DNA of 64,000 bases. It comes from Pelagomonas calceolata (taxonomy: Eukaryota). How positions within the stretch are numbered: position 1 is the first letter of the stretch; each line of letters opens with the position of its first letter. The stretch is taken from positions 806,001 to 870,000 of the forward strand of contig CAKKNE010000001.1 of the NCBI GenBank assembly GCA_918797485.1, given 5' to 3'. Both the position numbers and the translations under genes were made by a program. The notes beneath the pieces are model-generated. The model searched no databases and was not told the origin of the DNA. It saw only the letters and a list, made by a program, of their open reading frames with translations. This document shows, piece by piece, positions 42,865-51,591 of the stretch.

Positions 42865-43223
42865 ATGGACTCTCGTAAGCCCGGCTTGGACATATTATCG
42901 GCCAGTGCCCAGGAAAATAAAACTCAACCGCGGGCAAAAATGGCCTAAATTCAAGCTACGACAAAAAACCGCCGGTGGATGGCTCGAGGCGTCCCTGGAG
43001 TGATCTACAAGGGCCAAACCTCCCGATGCTTAAGACCGGCCCACAAAGCGAGCTCCAGGCAAAAACGAGGCATAGCCACCTGTGCACGACCACAAACGTA
43101 CTTGTGAGACACGCCGACGGTTCCAGAACGAAGGTCTATCATACCTCCGACGCATCCGAACCGGGCGTGGACTGTGGAGCGATAGAAATCGATAAAAAAG
43201 CTCAGGTCACTAAGAACTCGACA

Positions 43224-44321
43224 ATGAGTCTCCGATTAACGCCCGCCCCCCAAGCCCTGCCGGCGAACAAGCCGCCGTCGCCCGTCCGGCCGGCCCTCAA
43301 GCTGGCGGTGCGCCTGAACCCCGACGGCGCGCCGCTCGTGCTGCCGCCCGGCCACGTGCCTGGGTTTGCTGGGTTTCCGGGTCCCGCGGGCCTGGCGCCG
43401 CCCCAGATGCCCCACGCGACCGTGAGCCTGCCGACGAGCCCGACGAACGTGGCCCTGACGCCCCCCGTCGAAGCCCGGTCGCCGCCGCCGCCGCCTCAAG
43501 CCTACGCGCCGCCGCCGCCGCCGGTCTTCCCGCAAGTGGAGGGCTCCACGCCCCAGGGCTACTACCTGCCGCCCGAGGCCTACGATCCACCCAAAGCCTA
43601 CGTGCCGCCGCCGCCCCAAGCCTGCATGCCCTACGCGCCGCCGGCGCCCGTGCCGCCGCCGCGGCCGGCCTACGTCTCGCCGCCGCTCGGCCAGTTTCCT
43701 AGAAATGAGCACGGCAAGTTCCTCTGCCCCGCCGGCTGCGGCCGGACCTTCGCCCACCCGCCGGGCGCCGTCGCGCACGGAAAGACGTGCGCCGTGCGGC
43801 AGGCCGAAGCCGCGGCGCGGCCGCGGCCGCCGCCCCGAGCCTACGCGCCGGCCGCCATCGAGCCGTCCTTAGATGGTATTGGCCGAATTGTCGCTGCGCC
43901 CCAAGCCCACGCGCCGCCGTCCCAAGCCTACGCGCCGCCGCCCGCCGCGCCCACAACGTCGCGGCCGCTCGCCGACGTCGAGTTCGTGATCCGCGAGCCG
44001 TCGAGCCCGCTCCCGGCGGGCGCGTTCGGCTCGGGCCTGCAGCATCCCCGCGACGTCGGCGCCGCGCGCTCTCTGAAAGTGCTCCCGAAGCGCCACGCGA
44101 TTAACGGCGAGGCGTCCCGCGGCATCGTGACGCACCGGCCCTACGCCGCCGCGCCGCCGCCGGCGACCGACTGGGACGCGCCCGCGCCCTACAAGGGCAA
44201 CCTCGCCATGCTCCTCCAGGCCATGATCGCCACGGAGGACGGCCCCGCCGCCGCGCTCGCCGCGGCGATGATGGCCGAGACGAACACTCCTATGGCACCT
44301 CCTGAGGCGCTCGTCGCCTGA
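43224..44321 (+). CDS. Proline-rich protein with a single zinc finger
   Basis: FLCPAGCGRTFAHPPGAVAHGKTC (C2HC-type); repeated QAYAPPP motifs; start uncertain. Confidence 0.65.
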   Translation: MSLRLTPAPQALPANKPPSPVRPALKLAVRLNPDGAPLVLPPGHVPGFAGFPGPAGLAPPQMPHATVSLPTSPTNVALTPPVEARSPPPPPQAYAPPPPPVFPQVEGSTPQGYYLPPEAYDPPKAYVPPPPQACMPYAPPAPVPPPRPAYVSPPLGQFPRNEHGKFLCPAGCGRTFAHPPGAVAHGKTCAVRQAEAAARPRPPPRAYAPAAIEPSLDGIGRIVAAPQAHAPPSQAYAPPPAAPTTSRPLADVEFVIREPSSPLPAGAFGSGLQHPRDVGAARSLKVLPKRHAINGEASRGIVTHRPYAAAPPPATDWDAPAPYKGNLAMLLQAMIATEDGPAAALAAAMMAETNTPMAPPEALVA

Positions 44322-44734
44322 TTTCCCCCTGACATCCCCCGACCATTGCTTGCTCCGCGCACCGACGTGCGCGGCTATCACAGTGTGTTTGTAACAGTAC
44401 CTTGACTGTCACGGCGACGGCGTGTCGGGGGGCGTCGCCGCGACTCGCGTACGTGATTTTCGCCGACGACGCCGACGCAGCGAGTCCGCGACGCCCTCGA
44501 CGTCTCGTTGGGGAACGCATGGGACAGAGATCACCGCTGCTGCCATCGATCGTGCGGGTGTCGGTGCCTTTAAAATAAAAAGCCAGACTGGAACAGTGGC
44601 TGGTGAGGGCCTGCAGTCGAGCGGCCGTCGGCGCCAACGGGCCGGCGGGAACGCATCCGGCGGGAACGCATCAGACGCGTGCGTTCAGGCGGGCAGCCTC
44701 GACGCCGCCGAGGCTGCCCCACAACCCAGCCACG

Positions 44735-45445
44735 ATGGCTGCCTTCGGCGGCGACGACGCGCTGGGCGCGATGATGGCGGCGACGCTGCCGCGCAGCACC
44801 ATGAGCAAAGATCAAATGCAGTCGATAGCTAATGGAGCCAGGCCAAAGACCGCCCGGCCCAAGACCGCGCGACCGAAGAAAGAAACAACGCCGTGGACCA
44901 AGGAGGACGTAAACAAGTTGAAGAAGGCCTGCAAAGACGTCCCGAGCACGGTCGAGAAGCAGCAGCGGTGGCGGCAGATCAGCGGCATCGTAGGACGGGG
45001 CAAACGGGAATGCTACGACAAGTACAAGGAGCTCAAGGAGGCGCAAAAAACGAAGAACGAGCTGAAGAAGACGATGACGCGCGCAGCAGAGGGGAGCACG
45101 TTCGAGGAACGCCTCGCCGCATTGGGGCTCAAGGAGCCGGCCGCCGACGGGGCCGCCGCGCCGGCGTCTGCGCCGGCGCCGGCACCTGCAGCGCCCGCGC
45201 CCGCGCCCGCGGCGTCGCCGTCGAGCGCCTGGGGCGGCGGCGGCGGTGCCGAGCCGGCGCCGACGCAGACGCGGCGGCGGCCGCGGACGTTTTTTGGTGC
45301 GGAGGACCTCGTCATCGACGACGGCGCGGAGGACGAAGCCGCGGCGCCGCCGCCGCCCGCGGACGAGCCGCCGCCGCAGTCGGGCCGGACGCGGTGCGTC
45401 GCGGCGAACGACCTCGTCCTCGACGAGTGCGGCGACGAGCTCTAA
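44735..45445 (+). CDS. SANT/Myb domain protein
   Basis: PWTKEDVNKLKKAC...RWRQISGIVGRGKRECYDKYKEL. Confidence 0.8.
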   Translation: MAAFGGDDALGAMMAATLPRSTMSKDQMQSIANGARPKTARPKTARPKKETTPWTKEDVNKLKKACKDVPSTVEKQQRWRQISGIVGRGKRECYDKYKELKEAQKTKNELKKTMTRAAEGSTFEERLAALGLKEPAADGAAAPASAPAPAPAAPAPAPAASPSSAWGGGGGAEPAPTQTRRRPRTFFGAEDLVIDDGAEDEAAAPPPPADEPPPQSGRTRCVAANDLVLDECGDEL

Positions 45446-45495
45446 GTGGCGGTTTCTTTGTCATTCTTCGTCGCGGGACTCGCGGCGATAGCGTC

Positions 45496-45934
45496 TAGGG
45501 TGCGATTTACGCGGAAAAAACGCGTAAGTTACACGTAAAGCACCGCTACAGGAGATCCCACGTAAAAAACGGCGTAAAAAAGGAGGTATCCAAAAGTCCT
45601 TCCAGGGCTCTTCCCGAAGCCGGCGCTAGCGGCCCTCTAAGACTCTAGCTCGCGATCAGCAGCTCGCAGAGTGTGGCTGCCCCAAACGTTGTCAGAGCCG
45701 AGCCAATTGCTAGTTGCATGCTGTTGCGAGCAAGGTGTGCACTCTAGGTGTGCGCTTATGCGCCGTGCTCGTGCTGCTATTGAGCTGCGTGGCCACAAGG
45801 CCTTGTTTAGGGGCTCTGGCTGCGTGTGTGCGGGTTTTATAAATAAATGCACGCGTAAATTACGCGTAAATTACGGCGTAAATGACGCTGGACCGTTTCT
45901 CAAGTAAAGAACGCCGTGCGTAAATCGCACCCTA
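45496..45934. mobile_element. MITE-like non-autonomous DNA element (439 bp)
   Basis: Perfect 17-bp TIR TAGGGTGCGATTTACGC (45496-45512 / 45918-45934); subterminal ACGCGTAA/CGTAAA repeats at both ends; ATAGCGT in both flanks. Confidence 0.8.
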
Positions 45935-45971
45935 TCATAGCGTGCTGGTAGGGGCAGAGTACTCACTAGTA

Positions 45972-46799
45972 TTACGCCGCGGCAGAGGCGTGCTGCGTCC
46001 GGCGCAACGCGTACTGGCACGCGGCGGCCAGGTTGAAGCTCACGCCGCCGTCAGAGCTCGGCACCCAGGGCAGCGGCCGGGCCTCGTCGCGCGGCCGCGG
46101 CGACCGCGACCGCCGCTTCGGCTTGGATAGGGGCGACCGCGACCGCACGCGCGGCGGCGGCGGTTGCGTCCGCCGCGCGCGGCGTCGCGGCCGCGCTCTC
46201 GCAGGCGGCGGCGGCGGTTGCGTCCGCACGCGCGGCGACGACGGCGGCGGCGGCGCCTGGCCCTCGACGAGCAGCTTGTTCATCTGGAGCACGGTCTCCA
46301 GTAAACGCTCCGCCGTCCGCAGCTTCTTCTCCAGCTTAGCAATCTTCCGCATATATTTCGACGCGTCTGCCGGCTTCGAGGACCGCGACGCCGCCAACAA
46401 TTCCTCGGCCTTGGCGGCGCGCGCGGCCGCCTGCTTCGCTCTATGTTCGCTCTCGGCCGCGCGGCGCTCGGCGGCCGCGGCGGCGGCGTCACGCGCCGCG
46501 TACTCGCGCTCCAATCTATGCTGCGCCTCGCGCAGCTCGTCGAGCTCGTCGCCACCGCCACGCACGGGCGTCGGCGCCGCGCCGACGCTGTCCAGCCTTG
46601 CTTCCGCCTCCCGCAGCCGCGCGCGGAGCTCCGAGGTCGCGTGGACCGCCTCGGCGCGCTCGCCTTCTAAACGTGCGATCTTGTCCTGCAGTGCTCGTAA
46701 CGCCGCGAGGACGGCGCGGCTCGACGTCGTTTTTTCCGAGGCGGCCGGCGAGGTCGGGCCGCTGCGGCCGATCTTCGGAGTATTGTAGCCTTCTGACAT
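45972..46799 (-). CDS. Coiled-coil protein with Cep57-like N-terminal domain
   Basis: SSRAVLAALRALQDKIARLEGER resembles the Cep57 centrosome-localisation domain. Confidence 0.6.
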   Translation of the reverse strand: MSEGYNTPKIGRSGPTSPAASEKTTSSRAVLAALRALQDKIARLEGERAEAVHATSELRARLREAEARLDSVGAAPTPVRGGGDELDELREAQHRLEREYAARDAAAAAAERRAAESEHRAKQAAARAAKAEELLAASRSSKPADASKYMRKIAKLEKKLRTAERLLETVLQMNKLLVEGQAPPPPSSPRVRTQPPPPPARARPRRRARRTQPPPPRVRSRSPLSKPKRRSRSPRPRDEARPLPWVPSSDGGVSFNLAAACQYALRRTQHASAAA

Positions 46800-46990
46800 C
46801 CTGTTTTTCGCAGCGTCTCTGGTAGCGCACTGCTGTAACAGGAGTCTGTTTTTATGACCTGAGGTGACCTAGAGTGCAAGCAGCGCTGCACGCGCTGGCC
46901 CAGCTGCAGTATGAAGCAATACGAGTTAGCCGGTGGTACTGATGGTCACCGGGCGCAGCCACGTCTCAGTGCGCCGCGCCGCGTTTGCTG

Positions 46991-47014
46991 GCTAGCGTGC
47001 TGTAAGACACTAGC
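46991..47014 (-). promoter_or_regulatory. GCTAG-N-CTAGC upstream motif
   Basis: Reverse complement is GCTAGTGTCTTACAGCACGCTAGC. Confidence 0.65.
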
Positions 47015-47029
47015 AAGTAGTTCCGTTCC

Positions 47030-47308
47030 GGCGAGTTATTGTCAAGGGCCGTCTGGGCGGGTTGGAGCTCTCGCTCCCCGCTCCAGGATTGCTCGGCCTG
47101 GTGTGCGAGGGCATCTCTCTCACCACTTGATTTCCGGCTGGTCGTAAAAGAGGAGCCAGCGGCCAGTTCCACATCCTGACGGGGGTCGTCCCAAAAGAAG
47201 GGGGGGCGTGCGAGTCCCTGTGACTCAGCCCTTGCGTCCTAGTCCAGCCGGACGGGTGGGCCCGGGGGGAGCGGGAGGGGTACGGGGAACCCTGCGACGT
47301 AACTAGCC
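47030..47308 (+). ncRNA. Candidate structured ncRNA, family unidentified
   Basis: 5' GGCGAGTTATTGTCAAGGG can pair with 3' CCCTGCGACGTAACTAGCC; internal stems; composition unlike coding DNA. Confidence 0.35.
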
Positions 47309-47385
47309 TCAGCCTCAGCCTCGACCGGGTCGTAGCAACCACGACGCCGTCGCCGCGCCCCAACACGGACTCACAACACAAGGAC

Positions 47386-48930
47386 TTACTCGTCCTCCTC
47401 GTCCGAGTCGGGCTTGATCGCGTGCGCCGCGAAATTCGAGGGAGGCGCCTCGGCCTCGAGCGTCAAGGGCGAGTCCAAATGAACTGATCCTTCATCCCCC
47501 TCCTCCTCTTCATCTTCTGAATCGCGTTTCGACCGCAGGTGGAAGGGCGTGCCCGGCGGCGTCGACCGGTCCCTGACAATCAAATCCAGCTCCTCGACGT
47601 CCTCCGGCTCAAGCGGTCTCAACTTCCGCGCCACGTCCTCCTCGACGACGAACTCGTCGAAGTTCACCCTCTCTTGCCCTCGGTCCAACGACGGCACGAA
47701 GGGCACGTCCTTGAACTCGCACGTCCGCCGCGTGATCTTCTTCCAGTCCGTGCCATAAAACCACCAGTCCTTCCGGAGTTTGCCGGTCGCGGCGCCGTCC
47801 TCCCTTCCACGCCGTTTCTTGACGTTCTTCTGGAGGCAACTCGCCACAAAGTTTTTGGCGCGCAGGCCGCCGCCAAACCCTGGATATACGAGGCCATCGT
47901 CTCCTCTGACTTTTTTGGGGAATTCGTACTTCCCTTCTTGTATCTTACGGTACACCTCAAAGGCATGGGACCCGTAGAAGGGCGGATAGCCCGTCAGTAA
48001 CTCATAGACCAAAACACCCACTGACCAGACGTCGGCTTCCCGCCCGTAGCCATTCCTCAGGATGACCTCCGGTGAGGTGTACTCCGGCGTACCGCACAAC
48101 GTATAAGTTTTCGCTATTTTACCCTTCTCGTCGAAGGGTAAGAAGGTACACAGACCCAGATCCACGAGCACCACATACCCATCATCGTCGACCACGCAAT
48201 TCTCGGGCTTGACGCCTCTATAAATAATGCGCTGGGCGTGCATGTGTTGGAGAGCCGTAACGATCTGCGTACAATAAAATTTCACGTGTCTTTCGTCCAT
48301 GCCGCCGGCGTCGACGCGGTCGCGCTCGTGGAGCGTTCTGTCGGGGTCTTGCGCGATGGACAGTCGTCGGTGTAAGTCACCTCCCCTCAATAGTTCAAAG
48401 ATGATCACCAGGGATTCGTCGTCCTGGTACTTTCCTAAGCTCTTGATGATAAATGGATGATCTAAGGTACGTAGTAGTTTAACCTCCATGGAGACGTATC
48501 TGAATAAATCATGACCAATAATATCAGACTTGCGGATGATTTTGGCTACCCTCATCCTATCTTCCATGACGTTCCTCACAAGTTTGACTCGTGAAAAAGT
48601 ACCGGTACCAAGGGTCTCCAAGATCTCGAAGTCGGTAGAACGATACACGAGCTGGTCGGCGATGGCGCCTCTTTTGCCAATGTCCGGATCCACGTACTCC
48701 TTCTCCTTGCGCTCGGCGAGGGACCCGCGGTCTTGTCTAGAAGCGCGCAGGTCCGCCTTGCTGCCGCGGCTCTCCCGCGTCTCGTCCCCCGCGCTCGCCT
48801 TGCTGTCCGCGTCCGCTTTGCTGCCGGCGTCCGCTTTACTGCCGCGGCTCGCCCGCGTGTTGACGCTCGCGTCGTCGGCCTTGCTGTCCGCGTCGAGGCT
48901 CGCGACGCTGTCCGTCGACTTGCGCGGCAT
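47386..48930 (-). CDS. AGC (PKA/PKG-like) kinase, possibly a pseudokinase
   Basis: LGTGTFSRV, VAKII, YRGVKPEN, VDLG, TYTLCGTPEYTSPE, DVWSVG, GYPPF. Confidence 0.85.
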   Translation of the reverse strand: MPRKSTDSVASLDADSKADDASVNTRASRGSKADAGSKADADSKASAGDETRESRGSKADLRASRQDRGSLAERKEKEYVDPDIGKRGAIADQLVYRSTDFEILETLGTGTFSRVKLVRNVMEDRMRVAKIIRKSDIIGHDLFRYVSMEVKLLRTLDHPFIIKSLGKYQDDESLVIIFELLRGGDLHRRLSIAQDPDRTLHERDRVDAGGMDERHVKFYCTQIVTALQHMHAQRIIYRGVKPENCVVDDDGYVVLVDLGLCTFLPFDEKGKIAKTYTLCGTPEYTSPEVILRNGYGREADVWSVGVLVYELLTGYPPFYGSHAFEVYRKIQEGKYEFPKKVRGDDGLVYPGFGGGLRAKNFVASCLQKNVKKRRGREDGAATGKLRKDWWFYGTDWKKITRRTCEFKDVPFVPSLDRGQERVNFDEFVVEEDVARKLRPLEPEDVEELDLIVRDRSTPPGTPFHLRSKRDSEDEEEEGDEGSVHLDSPLTLEAEAPPSNFAAHAIKPDSDEEDE

Positions 48931-49282
48931 GGCTGCCAGCGGTGGTCCAAGGCTGCCCCCGGTGCTGGCTCGGCGTTCTTCGAGGGCTTGCTGGGTGTGA
49001 GTCTGACCAGTGCTCGGTGCCAGACAGCCCCCGGCGTCCGCCTTGATCAGGGCGCTGCAAAAGCTAGTGTGTTTACGCTATGATTATAGGCAAGGCTGAA
49101 GGGCGACGAACGCTCTGCGCTTGCGTGAGAGCCGCTCTTGTCGAGCCGCGAGACGCGGTGACGAGCAGGCATCGCGAGATCCGCCGTACACGCGTGCGGG
49201 GCGCTTCGAGCGCTGCTCTTTCAGCTGACAGCAGAGGAGCACTTGCTGCAGAGCGCGACGCCACCGACGCAGCACCCAAAAG

Positions 49283-50506
49283 ATGAGCGGCTTCACCTGC
49301 CTCACGGCGCCCGGCGTCGTGTTTGAAGATAAGGCCGCGTTCACGGCGCACTACAAGAGCGAGTGGCACCGCTATAACCTGAAGAGGCGGACGGCGCAGC
49401 TGCCCATGGTGTCCCTCGACGAGTTCGAACGGCGACGAGCAGCGGCTCAAGAGGCCTCGCCGGCTCCGAAGGGCCAGGCCCACGTCAAGGCCAACAAGCG
49501 CGAAAAACGAAGTAAGCGGCGAGAGTTGAAAGGGGCGTCGGTCGTGGATTCCGTCTCGGGCTACCGTTCTTCGTTAAATGTGGCCGACGGGCCCGCGTCG
49601 AAGCCGACGGAAGATATCAATGAAGAATCTGAAGAGGAGGAGATCGAGGAGGTCACAGCCGAAGCTCGGTGTTCTGACTCGTTCTTCGACAATGAACGGT
49701 TTGAGACCTCCGAGGAGGCGTTGGCGTACATGCACCGCACCTACGGCTTTGTATTACCGGAATCGCCGTACATTTGTGATGTGGACGGGTTATCATTGTA
49801 CCTATGCGCCAAAGTAAAACAAGGCCGGACGTGCCTCTGGTGCGGGAGGCAGTTCCGAAGCTATCGAGCCTGCCAGCAGCACATGATCGACAAGTCCCAC
49901 GTGAAAGTGGCCTACGAGAGCGACGCATCAGTGGATGAACTAAGTGACTACTACGACTTCTCGGCATCCTATGCAGGATTGGACGACGACGCGGTGAAGG
50001 CGTTGGGCGTCGACGACGACGAGGCAGATGACAATTCCGAGGACGGCTGGGAGACGGCGTCGTCCACGTCTGATGATCAGATTGTTACTCGAAGGGCCCC
50101 GAAGGTCAAGGTATTAGGCACTGGTGAATTACTCTTACGGAGTAATGGTCGTAAAAAGATCGTCGGCGCGCGGTGGCTCCGGAGCTACTATCGCCAGAAC
50201 CACCGCTTGGACGATGAAAGGGACGCGACGGTCGCGGTGCGGGCGGAACAACGGGATAGACTCCTAGCGGCGTACGGGCGCGAGCATCATGAGAGAGGCG
50301 GCTTCCTGCTGGGCCTGGCGGCCCAATATAATAGGAGGACGGTCTTCAAGCAGCTCGCGCGGGACCAGCGCGCGCAGAACCGCATGGAGATGCGGACGGC
50401 CGGCTTCCGGTCGGGTGGCAAGGCCAAGGACTTCAAGCAGAACAAGCTCATCAAGCACGCGGTGGCCGGGAAGAACCGGGGCGAGGGGCTCGGGGTGCAT
50501 GGCTAA
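49283..50506 (+). CDS. REI1: Pre-60S factor REI1/ZNF622
   Basis: HYKSEWHRYNLKRR, YMHRTYGF, CLWCGRQF...QQHMIDKSH, LRSYYRQ. Confidence 0.9.
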   Translation: MSGFTCLTAPGVVFEDKAAFTAHYKSEWHRYNLKRRTAQLPMVSLDEFERRRAAAQEASPAPKGQAHVKANKREKRSKRRELKGASVVDSVSGYRSSLNVADGPASKPTEDINEESEEEEIEEVTAEARCSDSFFDNERFETSEEALAYMHRTYGFVLPESPYICDVDGLSLYLCAKVKQGRTCLWCGRQFRSYRACQQHMIDKSHVKVAYESDASVDELSDYYDFSASYAGLDDDAVKALGVDDDEADDNSEDGWETASSTSDDQIVTRRAPKVKVLGTGELLLRSNGRKKIVGARWLRSYYRQNHRLDDERDATVAVRAEQRDRLLAAYGREHHERGGFLLGLAAQYNRRTVFKQLARDQRAQNRMEMRTAGFRSGGKAKDFKQNKLIKHAVAGKNRGEGLGVHG

Positions 50507-50687
50507 GCGTAGTTGTTCTCAAGATGAGTACCCCCGCCGCGGCTCTCCATAGATGCCGAAAATGATGTCGCATTCCACCGAGCTCTCCGCGTTCTTTTTC
50601 TGTACGGTGCTAGGACTCGTGGGCGGCGTCCTGTTGCTAGCCTGCCAGGGCCTAGTAGCTTCTAGATCTTCTGCCGAATCACATGAA

Positions 50688-51341
50688 TCATGATTTGCTT
50701 GCAAGGTGCGCTCGGCCCCGCGTACCGGGGCAGCATAAAGAATGCGCGCGTTGGCCTTCATTTGCCTCGCAGCTGCAGCCCCCCATAAAACTGGGGCGCC
50801 GGACGCCCGCGAGGTGATAAGGGGCAGCTCGCGCCCGCGGCGCCTGAGTGTGCGCCGGCAGGTTGACGCCCTTGGTGCAGGTGGCGCCCTCGAAGTCGTG
50901 GTTTTCCGGCTGGCACGTCTCGTAGTTATCGTCCCGGACGTCGATGTTGTCGGAACCAAATTTGTGCCAGAGCGATCCCCCCTGCGCACACATGTTCCCG
51001 CCGGTGCAGCCCGTGAGCTTGCAGTAGGAGCCCTTCTCGTAGCCGCTGTGGTACGTTCCTTCGTACGGGATCGGGATCCACGTTTTGTCCGAGTCCTCCG
51101 AGTCCGAGTCAGACTCTATGGTATGGACCGAGGCGAGCCAGGACTCGTCGGCGGCGGCGGTGCCAACTGAGAAAGCGCCGATGGTGGAGGCCAGTCCGCA
51201 GGTCCCTAGGATGAGCAAGGAGGCCGCAAACACGCCGCCGGCGTACCGTAACTTGCGCCGCGGGGCAGGAACCGGTGTCGGCTCCGAGCTTAGGAAACTC
51301 TCCTGTGGCTCAGGCGCCTCGATCGAGCCGTACTCAGCCAT
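50688..51341 (-). CDS. Hypothetical type-II membrane protein with Cys-rich luminal part
   Basis: MAEYGSI start, single TM, 8 Cys in the C-terminal half. Confidence 0.6.
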   Translation of the reverse strand: MAEYGSIEAPEPQESFLSSEPTPVPAPRRKLRYAGGVFAASLLILGTCGLASTIGAFSVGTAAADESWLASVHTIESDSDSEDSDKTWIPIPYEGTYHSGYEKGSYCKLTGCTGGNMCAQGGSLWHKFGSDNIDVRDDNYETCQPENHDFEGATCTKGVNLPAHTQAPRARAAPYHLAGVRRPSFMGGCSCEANEGQRAHSLCCPGTRGRAHLASKS

Positions 51342-51436
51342 GTGCTTCGATGAATGGTAAATGTAAAAAGTGACTTGGTGATGGCAAGCGTGATCGGAGC
51401 CTCTAAAAAGTAGCTCGGAGCTAAAATGCAGAGCCT

Positions 51437-51460
51437 GCTAGTGTCTTACAGGCCGCTAGC
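51437..51460 (+). promoter_or_regulatory. GCTAG-N-CTAGC upstream motif
   Basis: GCTAGTGTCTTACAGGCCGCTAGC, ~95 bp upstream of the ATG at 51341. Confidence 0.65.
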
Positions 51461-51591
51461 CTTCTCAATCCGGACGCCTCGCCGCGCGGCGGCTCGACAC
51501 GCGCCCCTAGGCTTGGTGGTTCAGGTAGTGAACGCCTCGGCGGGCACGAATCGCTCGACACCTCGCCCGCTCAGATCTATGCTACTAGTAA

